Source: Basidiobolus ranarum (taxonomy: Eukaryota). Taken from it: a DNA stretch of 39,984 bases. Positions 1-11,258 of this stretch are shown piece by piece. The DNA lies in NCBI GenBank assembly GCA_040143965.1, contig JASJQH010000039.1, forward strand, positions 1 through 39,984, given 5' to 3'. The translations under genes and the position numbers were made by a program. Under the pieces are notes generated by a model. It saw only the letters and a program-made list of their open reading frames with translations. It did no database searches and was not told the DNA's origin. The stretch's first letter is position 1. Each line of letters begins with the position of its first letter.

Positions 1-207
1 CGTGAAAATCAAGAACACTTGATTCGTCAATCGGCTGGAAAGGACCAAACGATTGTCGAGCTACAAGAGCAAGTGCGGGATCTCATGTTCTTCCTGGATA
101 CACAGCAAAAGATTCAGCAATCACCGGAATTGGCTGAGGGAACCCTCATGATCGAACAAAATCCAAAGCCATTGGACAAGGGGAAGAAAGGACGGAGAAG
201 AAAGTAG
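1..207 (+). CDS. ETP1: 3' end of BRAP2/IMP/ETP1-family RING/UBP-ZnF ubiquitin ligase (partial; begins before the window)
   Basis: Frame open from base 1. ELQEQVRDLMFFLDTQQKI followed by a basic tail (KKGRRRK*) matches the conserved BRAP2 C-terminal coiled-coil end. Confidence 0.85.
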   Translation, partial: RENQEHLIRQSAGKDQTIVELQEQVRDLMFFLDTQQKIQQSPELAEGTLMIEQNPKPLDKGKKGRRRK

Positions 208-724
208 ATCTTTGTTGTGAGAGTAGGTGTGAGTGTGAGAGATCAACATCCTCAACTGCTGTATATTTGCACCAACCCAAGTAAAATTGTTAGATCTAAT
301 TTAATGTGATCGCCCGGTACCGGAACGGGATATAGTTAGAAGCCGAAGTTAATAAAGGTGGTGTTATTTGCTCTATCGTCAATCTTCATTCGCACCCTTC
401 ATTTGCTTAGTTGGCAGACCTAACATTGTCCAAGTTCCAAGCCACCATGCTAATCAAATTTATTTAATTTTGTTGAGAAATGTGGGGAGGGAATATGGAT
501 TCTGATTTGATTGTCTTTGATCATTCACCGATTTTTGCCACCCAAGCAAGCAAATTTTCCTTTTCGGCGTGACAACCAGTTTAGATAATTTGCTCTTTGA
601 TATCAAACTCTATACGGCGTATATTTTGCTCTTTTCGAAGCGCATTTCCCACGTTAGTTGTCCCTAGGTTTCAAGACTTCAATTATTTCGACATTCTCGG
701 CTACCTACTTCGCCAATAACGACA

Positions 725-2670
725 ATGCTGAGAACAACTTTCTTCAACCACGTTGTGAAAAATCCAACACCTTTTGTAAGTGCCTCTGGCGCTAGGATGC
801 AAGCTATTACCCGTCAACTTAAAGTATTGTTTGCTTTCCTAAAACATTCTGACCATTACCTCAGCTTACCAATTTCTCTTCTATTCTCACTTGACCGTTC
901 TATCCATAGGTTGAGAGATCTTATAGCACCATTAGCCCCAAGCAGGTACGATCAGCAAGGATTCTAACTATTCGTTTCTAATTTTACTGACTTGAACCTT
1001 CACCAGAACGAAGTCATTCATCAAAAACTTTATGGTGGTCGTACCTTTGTCTTAAACAGACCCAAAGTTTTGAATTCCCTCAACCTTCCCATGATTCGTC
1101 AGATTTATCCTCAACTTCAGGTATTTATCTGATATTATTGTACCGTCTATTCTTTACCCTAATATTTCGTCGGTTGTCATAAAGGCTTGGGAACAGTCCG
1201 ATCTTTGCAAAGTCATCCTCATGAAATCTAACAATCCAAAGGCCTATTGTGCTGGTGGAGACGTTGTTGGTTCGTAAACTTATATTTGTATCATATATAA
1301 TCACCTTACTAAACCATTCAACAAACAGAGGTTACTCAAGGGGCTAAAAACAATAACCCTAACTCTCTCAAGTTCTTCGAGGAAGAATATCGCCTCAACT
1401 ACACTCTCGCTACTTTAAGAACCCCATTCGTAGCTTTGATCAATGGAATCACCAGTAAGAAAATTCTTCATCATATTACTCATATGAAGTGTAATTATTA
1501 ATGATTATTTACCTAGTGGGTGGTGGTGTTGGACTTTCGGTTCATGCTCCTTTCAGAATTGCTACTGAAAATACCCTGTTCGCTATGCCTGAAACTCGAA
1601 TTGGATTCTTCCCAGATGTGGGTGGATCTTTCTTCCTTCCTAGATTGGACGGTGAGACTGGTACTTACCTCGCATTGACCGGTGATAGACTAAAGGGAGA
1701 AGATACTTTGTAAGAGTGGTTTCTTTAAATGTTAAATTATGTCACAATGAGAATAACATAGTATATAGGTACGCCGGTATCGCTACTCATTATGTCCCTG
1801 CCGCTCGTCTTGATGCTTTAGAAGAGAGACTCTGCGAGCTTGACACCTCTGATGCAGAGGTGATTAACCTTGCCATTGAAGACTTTGTTTCCGAACCTAC
1901 TGGACATGAATATAGTCTTGCCAAACATCGTAATGTTATTGACAAGTAAGTATAACATTATAACCTCCACCCTTACCTTTACCATTAATAACATATCGAA
2001 TATAATAGATGCTTCCGTCACGATACCGTAGAAGAAATCATGGAATCACTTGAAAAAGAAGATTCCGACTTCACCAAGAAGACTTTAGCAACTTTGAATG
2101 AGATGTCACCCACCAGCTTGAAGGTTACCCTTCGTGCACTTCGTTCTGGTCGCAAGATGAACATTGCTAATTGTTTCAAGATGGAATATCACTTGGCTCA
2201 GTCATTCTTGGTAAGTTATTCATAGATAAATATTAGATAGCATGTATCTTTTGAAACCAATCATTTCTACCTAGGCCGAACATGACTTTACCGAAGGAGT
2301 GGATAAGGCTTTAGTAAGCAAAACTAGAGATCCTAAATGGACCCCTTCTACTATCACTGGTGTAAGTGACCAATTGGTAGAACAAAAATACTTTGGTGCT
2401 AATCATCCTCACTCTCTCGAACTTCCCGACTCGTTACCTTACCTCGAATACCCCCATCGTCGTATGGCACTTCCCAGTGAAGAAGAGATTCGGAAATTAC
2501 TTACTGGAAATTTAGATCATAATGCAGGATCAGTTCAAATGAGTGAAGAATCCATCATCGAATGGTTCATGTCTGATCGTCAAGGAAAACATGGAGTCAT
2601 CGAAAAAGTACAAGAAACACTCGCCAGAAAAACTAGATCTGTATTGGGTGGACTTAGATGGATTAACTAA
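725..2670 (+). CDS. EHD3: Mitochondrial 3-hydroxyisobutyryl-CoA hydrolase (crotonase fold), multi-exon
   Basis: Basic presequence. Spliced exons give [71 protein letters not shown] and [10 protein letters not shown]...PKWTP. GT-AG introns e.g. 824-909, 946-1006, 1121-1184. Confidence 0.95.
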
Positions 2671-3116
2671 ATAACATCCATGTTATCTTGGATTTGTTGA
2701 ACTCTTAATTGCATTACTTTCCCCCTTCCTCCTCTTCTTCTTCCCTCACTTTTATCCTTTCCATCTCCCTTCCCTCAACTTGCATTTCAATAAATGGACG
2801 GCTATGCATTAAATATGGGTTAGTGTGAGAAAAGAATTGGAATTTATTGATGGAATTCCATCAATATCAGATATTACTGTTACATAGTGGATGGGGGAAT
2901 CTGAAGAGGGTACCAAGATATACTTCATCCCGAGCACATTCAAGATGGAAAAAAATAAAAGATACATATTCTGCTACTAACAAAATGGGAATACGTAGAT
3001 TAAGAAATAAAAATATCGAGGTTTCTTTCTGGTTAAAAAAAGAGAGGAGAGGAAGATTTTGTTAAAATGAAATTTCTTCGAAGCAAAATTCGGGTGGAAT
3101 ATGGATTATGATCGCT

Positions 3117-4602
3117 CTAAATGAGCCTGGTACAAATAATCCCAACAAACAGTCTAATTATCCAATGGAAGGACCCTTGAATGGTTGAACCGCTAGATCC
3201 TTGGATGGTGCCGGAAGCGCCAGTTTTTGGTAGTATCTCCAGCAGAGGCTTGGGATTAGGATTGATGGTGTATCCAAGGGATTGCAATACAAAGCCTAAC
3301 TGTGGACCAACGGGCCCACCAATATAACCACCAGTCTTATCAATGCTCGTCTTCAAGGACACACCACGGTCCTCCATGTATCTCATCAGAAAATCGGCGG
3401 TATTCGAGTATGTCTTGAAATCAAAGTGAGATATGGAGCTTCCCTGGACATATGGATTCAACGTAGTTTCAAGGATAATGGGGGTATTGGATCCTGTAGT
3501 ATTTTTGGGTAGGAAAGCGAGGGTCTTTCCAGTCGTAGATAAGTTCAAAATTCGACCGGCATCCTTGGCCTGGGGTGATAACGAAAATGTCTTGGAAAAC
3601 TCCTCCTCATTGTGGAAAATGGTCCCTGGCCCACTTGCAAAGCTATTCAACGTGTCAGTGATCTCGGAAAGTGGCTTTAATGAGGGGTATTCGACTAGGT
3701 ATTTGTCAAAAACATTCTCCACAAACCCAGCAAATACATACAGATCGGAGGAGTTGGAGATTAATATATTCGGCGTCAAATACTGAGGAATATCATTGAC
3801 ATAGTCCATCCAGGCAGAAGAAAAGCCCAACCCATGAATTAATTCATGAATGATCACAAATAGAAAATCACTCTGTGTGGATTTGATGGTACCATCTCCC
3901 TAGAAATCCCGATAAGCTACCATTGAGTATTATTCATATATCACTTGCAATTTAGACAATACCAACCTCAAACCAGAAATCCACATCAGCATTGAAAGTG
4001 GCGATAATATCATATGGGCTAAACTTGGGATGCTTCGTTAGCCCTTTCTGTTTCAAGAGCGCTTGAGGAAAGGAACGCTTTCGCCCGTCGTCATCGGTAA
4101 GAATGATCGTTCTAGCTGGTCCTGCACTTCCTATATACCAATATGCCAGTTAGGACATAGAACTTATCATGGTCGTTGTGGGAAGAAGTAGGTTACCTAG
4201 AATTTTATATTGCGTACTGCATTCATTGTATTCTTCACAGAAGCGTACATAAGAAGCATTTACAGTGAGAGGCTCCTTCAGTATTACCACGTTCGAAATG
4301 AGTTTGAAAGCAGTATCAAACGCAGCTCGGACTTTATTACACTGAGTTTTGTCCGCTGTGCAATAGAAATTTAGGTTCATATTGGTCGCCTCACCCCCAG
4401 CAGACATAACACGGTCACCTTTGATGGTTTTTATGTTCTCTACTAAACCACAATCTACTTTGACTTTGGAATTCTTAATCCATGGCGTGAGATTGTCGTA
4501 ACATATCTGGTCCCCAGTAAGTAAAGTTTCTCCTTGTACGAAAATTAATAATTGAAAAAGTATAACTGAAGCAGATACTATAAAAGGTCGATAGAAGCGC
4601 AT
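3117..4602 (-). CDS. Secreted, probably GPI/membrane-anchored zinc metalloprotease-like protein (HExxHGLGF; leishmanolysin/M8-like motif order), 3 exons
   Basis: Signal peptide MRFYRPFIVSASVILFQLLIFVQG. Introns ~4196-4131 and ~3967-3900. HELIHGLGF, downstream GSSISH and DFLM (putative third Zn ligand and Met-turn). G/S-rich linker then hydrophobic C-terminus. Confidence 0.75.
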
Positions 4603-5220
4603 CGCATTTGTAGCCTTCAAGGGAAGTTATTTCGAGATAATTAGCGAGCTCTATTGGCCGCTAGCCACTCTTTTCTTGGAAGATAAGGAGAAGCAGGAAA
4701 GAGTGGTATTTACCAGAACACAAGAATAAATTAGTTAATGATTCTTAAAAATTCGGACTTTTTGCAAGGAGGAGAGTATAAGAAGGAGAGTACAAGATTG
4801 ATTGAGGATATACGATGTATCACCCAGTTGATTAGTTAAGGGGAAGGGTTAACCCAAGCCGGTAAGCGATCACAAAAGGCCAAATCATTTACAAAGTAAT
4901 GAGAATAACGATTGTGTTGACAAATTGTTGTTGTTTCAATAGCAGTTACAACAAAGTCTTAAAATTGGAACTTGGGTCTACTTCTTGTACGGTTCAGATC
5001 TGCAGGTAATCAATATCCAATTAATAATTTAATGCAAATCCATCAAAGCGACAAACTAGAGTTCAAACTGTCTCCTATTCGATATGTGGATAAGTAATAG
5101 GCTACACGCTGTAAATTCGTGTCACAATCACAGTTGAAACCAACTGTTTCATCCTAATTTGTAACCACAATACATATCTGCTTGGTTACTTCTCAGAATG
5201 TAACAAACAACGAATAAAAA

Positions 5221-5301
5221 CATTGAGCAGAGGTTCGAACTCATGCCTCCGAATCAACTACGACCTGACTACAGCGCTTTAAGCCGCTTAGCCATCTCGA
5301 C
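5221..5301 (-). pseudogene. Degenerate tRNA-Leu(CAG) gene / tRNA-derived element
   Basis: Minus strand GTCGAGATGGCTAAGCGGCTTAAAGCGCTGTAGTCAGGTCGTAG...GGAGGCATGAGTTCGAACCTC aligns colinearly with eukaryotic tRNA-Leu(CAG). A box and GTTCGAA B box are present and a T-run follows. Acceptor, anticodon and T stems contain mismatches. Confidence 0.75.
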
Positions 5302-5337
5302 TTCCGTAGGTTGAAGGAAAATCCAAAATTATGCTAG

Positions 5338-5352
5338 TATATATATATATAT
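5338..5352. repeat. (TA)n microsatellite
   Basis: tatatatatatatat. Confidence 0.9.
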
Positions 5353-5555
5353 AGGATTAGTTTATCTTGTTTAGTATTTGATCAAAATACATATTTTGGA
5401 TTAAATCTAGATGTAAGAATTTCGAGATTAATGTATTGAGTGACATGGAATGTGACTTGATTGAAAAATTTCTTAATTCTTGATATTCCTCGAGTGTATA
5501 GAGACTATATAGTTAGCTTTACAAGTAGAAACACTCTGCCAAGTTAAAAAGCGCA

Positions 5556-7036
5556 ATGCAGAGAGTTACTCGTTTGGCACTTCGGCCTATGGTGCCTATA
5601 TCCAGCGCGGCTAAATTTCAACCTAGGATTCCCGTTAACTTGTATGTTCTGTTATATCTCTCATGATTCTAGTCAATTTACTTAACGGTACAATAATTAA
5701 ATAGCTTGCATGTTCAACGCCAGGAGTTCACAAAGTGAGTTTTCTTAGACTCTGTTCATGTTATGTTTATACTAATCCATGCTTTAGGTCTTTGGTTTAT
5801 TCTCGCGCATATTCCACTTCTAAGGCGCCTATCTCCATTCAAGATAGAATTCAAAACTGGGCGAATAATCTTAGTTGGGAAAGGATGAAAGAGCTAGCTC
5901 GTTTCTATAAAAATGGTTTAAAGCAAGTCTGGATTAATAATGAAAAAACCAAACTTTTGAAAATCAAACAATCTCAAGGATATCAATTAACTAGAAAGGA
6001 ATTTCAGTTGGTAGGTTTGTTTCTGTCGACAAGACTTTTTCACAGGATTAATAGAATTTTTTGTCCCACTTGATATAGGTTAGCAAGGCTCCGAAAGACT
6101 TTCGTAAACTTATCCCCTTCGGTTTGTTAGCTTTGGTTCTTCCTGAAGTTATCCCACTCATTATTGGCTTTGCTCCCGGTTTCGTCCCAACAACCTGTGT
6201 TACTTCTTCTCAATTGGTATACAGTGATTAATAACGCCCGTTTGTTGAAACATATTGCTGAGTTCTAGGATTTTCTAGGAAAAGCAACGCATGAAAGTCA
6301 ACCACAAGCGCTCTATCATTACTAGAAACGTGATAAAGTCATCGTTCCAGAATCAGGTCAGTGAAATCAAGTACATTGATACAGTTCCTAGTTTTTAACA
6401 GCCAGTTCTGATATCTAGATCAAACCCAAAGACTTTAAGGATGCTCACAAGGTGGCTCAGCTGGCCAAGAAATTCCCAGGTGATTTTGATTTGGCTAATA
6501 TTAATCGCAACTGGTTAAAGGGATACTGCAGGTAAGATCAAGTGGATGAAACGAATATCAATCACCAGCCTTTATTCAATCCAATCACAAGCTAACTTCT
6601 GGGTACTTTAGATACATGAGTCTCTCGGAGTTTGGTACCAAGAAGATGCTTGAAAACAGACTGAAAAAGCATTTCGATTATTTAACAGTCGATGACAAGG
6701 TTTGTGATCTACTTTCGTAAATCTCTGACCAATTTATTGACTCTGTTTGGATTCTTCGTAGTTGATCCGCAATGAAGGAGTTGAATCTTTGACAATCGAA
6801 GAGCTCGAAGCTGCTAATGAAGAGCGTGGAATGTAAGCGCTTCATCGTGACCTTTACATTGCTGTATATTCTTAACATGTTGATTTAGGCGCGGAATCGA
6901 AGTCTCTCCTGCTCAAATGCGTCGCTCGTTGGAGGATTGGATTGATCTTAACTTACAGAAAGATCCACCTATCCCTCTTGGTCTTATGGTGTTCAGTCGA
7001 GCCTTCATAATGGGACAAAAGCCTAGACTCAAGTGA
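5556..7036 (+). CDS. Mitochondrial LETM1-domain protein (LETM1/MDM38-like family), multi-exon
   Basis: Arg-rich presequence from ATG 5556. FYKNGLKQVW, LTRKEFQLV, DFRKLIPFGLLALVLPEVIPL, PTTC, YLTVDDKLIRNEGVESLTIEELEAANEERG. Stop TGA at 7034-7036. Confidence 0.85.
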
Positions 7037-7325
7037 AGACAAAACACCATTGGCATTTACCGTAATATTTTGCCATAAATCTACAAGTGTTCATTTTAGA
7101 GTCAATTCATCAGTCAATTTGGAATGCGGTATTCTTGACATTTTTTAAAAGGCTACATTTGCCAATCATGATAAATAAATACCACCACATATACTTGGTT
7201 TTATGCATAATATTTATTTGATATGATTTTGAGGATAATTACTACGAGTGCAAAATTCAAAGAATGATGGTCAAGATGCTGCAGAATTTAGGTAGTATAG
7301 AGATGCTATGTTGGCTGATTGTCTT

Positions 7326-8867
7326 CTACACGAATTTGAATATTAAGTAACCTGCGCCAGCCACCAACAAGCCTGCTGCTGAATAGATATAGAATGATTT
7401 CTCGGCTTTAGCACGCTGCTCAGCTCGGGCTTGTTTCTTCTTCTTGCGCTCCATCAGAACTTGCAATGGTTGCCAATAATGAAGCTTCCACTTATGTGTA
7501 GCTACATTGAGCTGTCCTCTAGGAATGTCTTTCTGCTGGAGATTTAGAGCTGTGCCCTCCTCAACTTCCTCCAAAGTAAGTGTGACGTTTGTGAGAACAC
7601 CTAAAAGAATGTTAGCATAGAAAATCTTAAAAACATTTAGATGCTCATTAAAGCTACCTTCAGCCCAACTAGACAAACGCCATTCCATTACAATCTTCTC
7701 CTCAGGGATCTAAATTCATTCTGGCTCAGTGTCGATTCAAACCATTTGAAATGTAATGTGATATAGGAACTTACAATTTCAAGGAACTTTCCGGATATTT
7801 CTCCATTGAAAAGTTCAAACCTACCCCCCACTTGCCCGTCGATCTTAGTGGCAGTTCGTGACCACGAGTGAACTCTTTTCTGATTCATTAGTAGGCCGTA
7901 GAGTGCTTTCTGGTTGATGGGAAATACGATACGATCCGAATAATCGTTTGTGTTCTTAACGGTGTTGATAGCAGCTGATGATGCTTGCTTGGTTATGGTA
8001 CTCGTTTTAGAGGTGGATATTGGTGGAGCTGCAGTGGCGGGTGTAGATGAGTTATTGGAAGTTGGCTGGGTTTGTAATTCAGAAGGATCAATATAAACAT
8101 CCTTCACATGAGCTAAACAAATTGTAAAGGTTTAATGTTCTACTGAATTTTGAAAGACTAGTTTTGAGCAAGTTACCTTCAGCCAAATCCTTTGAGAACT
8201 TCGAGAGTTTTTTTCGTAATTCTTGGGTTAATTTTTTGTGTACGACTTGTTTGATATCATATTTATCTGAAGTATCTTCGTGAACAGTAATGTTGAACTG
8301 AAATCACGAAGGGAATTAAGGAAGAAGGGATTTGGTAAGTTAACCAAGTTCAGTGTAGAAGTACACAATATATTCATATACTGACCACATAATCGTCAAA
8401 ATCACTATCGTGAGCAACCTCAGGAATGTGTATTTTCCCACTAGCTTGAGTTCCACTGTTATCTGACCCAGTCCAATTCAAAGTTATCTGTAAATCGAAT
8501 AAAGTGAAGATCTTTCCTTTCCTTTGATTCAAATCTACATCTCCAATAACTTCGGTCACAGAAGTGGTCTTCACGGATATTCCTTTATCCGAGGCTTCAA
8601 TATCCCTCAGCTCACGAGAAAAATACTCTTTAGCCCAAGGAGCGCAATTCTTTTCGGTCCTTTATAATAATCAGCACGAAAATGATTTATTAACTTCAAG
8701 TAAACAGAAAAGTAGTGTAGGTAAATTAGATCATACCAATGCCTATAACAAGTCACAAAGTTCAAAGTATTTGGTGGGGGCATTGTCAGTTTAAGTATAC
8801 TACAGTTTAACAGGTATTCACCGGCTTACCAGTTATTCACGTTCTTCCAATTTGCTTGAGTTGACAT
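7326..8867 (-). CDS. AHA1: Activator of Hsp90 ATPase Aha1, with atypical C-terminal hydrophobic tail; multi-exon including a 6-nt microexon
   Basis: MSTQANWKNVNNW(HW)TEKNC, GDVDLNQRKGK, ASGKIHIPEVAHD. C-domain GGRFELFNGEISGKF and MEWRLSSW. ATG at 8867. Confidence 0.93.
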
Positions 8868-9339
8868 GATCTCAACAAGCTCAGCTCTCGTCAATGTAAA
8901 GGGTTAACCTAAGCTTTGATAATGCACTTGTTTCAGAGGTGAATTTTTTGTTCGACAGATTTCTATGGTGGTGATGATTCGCCAATTAAATTATTCCCAT
9001 TCTTCCTTATATAATCGCTATGATGCTAAATTTCATCATAAAATAGCAGTCTTGTGCCTCCTTAAACATGGACGGGAGCGACTCAATTCATCGACACTTT
9101 ATTATTTTGAAGCAAAATTTTCGGCATACTCTTCATCAGCCACGAAGGAAATACCAGAAGATATGTATACGTATATATTAAATCAATGAACAAACTAAAC
9201 TCCTCAAAAGTGGGTCAACCAAAATAAACGAACCTATAAGCCAAGTATTTAAAGAAAAGAGAGTGCAGGCAATGTACAAATCAATAGTGAAACAAAAAAC
9301 AGATTATTCACCCAAAAGGCAATAATAAATGTGAAAACA

Positions 9340-11084
9340 CTAATGTTTCTTGGCCTCTTTCTTGAGTGAATCAAGTGCTCGCCAAAAGAAGAGACTCGCG
9401 TACGCTTTCTTAAAGGAGATCGCTTCATTGAAGTAACTAGGAATCTGTTCAATCAAATCAGCGTCTTTTTCTTCGTCAAGTAATGGTTCGTAATGGAAAG
9501 TTTCTGGATCGTCCAAGTCCTGTCGAAGCACATATCTCAAGGCTATCATACATTAATTTTAGCATTAGATCGATACAAAATCAAAATAATAGAACTTGTT
9601 CACATACTTCCTTTACTGCCAGTTTGCTCACACTTGAAAACTATATCTTGATCAGTTCTCTCGATCTGAACAACGGTTAGCTGAGACAGCTGCTGATAAA
9701 GCTGGAGAGATAAATCCAAGCTTGGGTTATCCTGGGCAGTTTTCACTCCGTTCATTTTTTCGTTCTTGGCCTCTATTTTCTCCACTAAGTAGAAGGACAA
9801 GGACAGTGTTAATGTATGTATGGAAAACCCACTAAAGTTGAATACTCAATGCTTACATTGCTTATTTAAGCTTTCAAGCTCTTCGGCCTGCTTTTCCAAA
9901 AGTTTTTGGTTTTCAAGTTGCTTCTTCACACTTTTTTGCTCCTTAAGTTTTGCAAGTTCCTTTTTTAATCGCTGGATGGCCTCGTCTGAAGCTTCAAATC
10001 GTTTCTCTGCATTATTTTTATACTCACTAAATGTGTTTTCGGCGTCTTGAATGCCAACTCTCTTTAACTCTTCATATTTCTTGGTCAACTCCTCCAATTG
10101 TTTGTTCGCTTTCCGTAGTTCCTCCATATTCTTTATATCCGTGGCAGTTGCCGAGGATGTAGAAGTTTTTTTTCCATTGACCATTCTAGTTGAAAGCGGC
10201 TTGTCCACTTTACTTGATTTCTTAGTAGATGGTGACTCGTCTAAATTCGACGAAGTAGCGGATATATTCAAAGCTGGAGACTCTGGTGTTTTCGTGTTAA
10301 CTCGTGTTCTAACACGTTTAGTAGGAGGCGAATTATCGTCAGATAAGGACGCTCTTTTCTTAGCCCCGCGAGTTTTGGGTTTTAGGTTCTGTTCAACATT
10401 ATCGTCCAATTCAGGATCGGACTCTAACTGACCACGAGCGGTAGATTTAGATGATTTGCTTTTGGATCCTGCGGAAAGTTTGCTCTTAGGACCGGCTCTA
10501 CTTTTGGGCTTTTCTCTACTTTCAGGTTCTGTTATATCATCAACTGACTCCGTGATTACCTTGGATTTGAGCATCTGACGAGATTTAGATTGCACTGCTT
10601 TTCTGGGATGCTCAGGTGTATTATCTGGGGTAGGCTTGGCTACTTGCTTTCTTTTTGATTGACCCTTGTTAGCTATGACATCCTTACTAGAAACATGACG
10701 AGGAGAGCGGCGTATGGGTGTTCCGTCGCTTCCAACTATAGTGGTTGTAATAAAAAACCGATTAGAACCTATAAAACGCGAATTCAAGTAGCACTTAAAA
10801 TATAAACCTACTGGCAAGTTCATCGTCATCATGATCCATGGGGGATTTAGCTACAATAAAAAAGACAAAAATTAGTTTCGATTTTGAACGTCTGTAAATC
10901 AACACCTACCTGTTTGCTTACTGTTTGTCGGACGACTGCGACTTTTAGTGGTTTTTTTAGGAGTCTAGTACGTGTTGTAAAAGTTAGCTCAAGTGTTTAT
11001 TCAAACGTTTTTAGAGTGTATTTAACCTACCGGAGAATCAACCTCCAGGACTACTTTGGGTTTGGTGGTTCTCTTGGGTGGCAT
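9340..11084 (-). CDS. CSM1: Monopolin subunit Csm1/Pcs1-like (long disordered N-terminus, coiled coil, C-terminal RWD-like domain), multi-exon
   Basis: ATG 11084 (MPPKRTTKPK). Coiled coil LTKKYEELKRVGIQDAENTFSEYK. C-terminal LYQQLSQL, FKCEQTG, FHYEPLL, QIPSYFNEAISF and FFWR fit the Csm1 globular domain. Confidence 0.8.
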
Positions 11085-11240
11085 AATTTAGTACGAAAAG
11101 CAGGGAAATGAATTTTTTATGAACTAGCTGTTTCAAGGGCTCTTCAATGTTTTGGATACAAGTATGATATATATCAAGTAGAAGGACTAAACAATCAGTC
11201 AGTTTGTCGCGTTCAACAGAAGTACGTAGAAGAGAAGATG

Positions 11241-11258
11241 ATTTCGCGACCGCGCAAG
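11241..11258. promoter_or_regulatory. Paired CGCG cores (SCB/MCB/E2F-like) upstream of the Csm1-like gene
   Basis: atTTCGCGacCGCGcaag ~160 bp upstream of the ATG, in AT-rich DNA. TTTCGCG is the reverse complement of CGCGAAA. Confidence 0.4.

Noticed and set aside
2440-2670. C-terminal extension of EHD3
   Set aside because: Normal for fungal Ehd3 (mitoribosomal mS47-type) proteins.
9820-10431. + strand hydrophobic ORFs
   Set aside because: Antisense to the Lys-rich Csm1-like exon.
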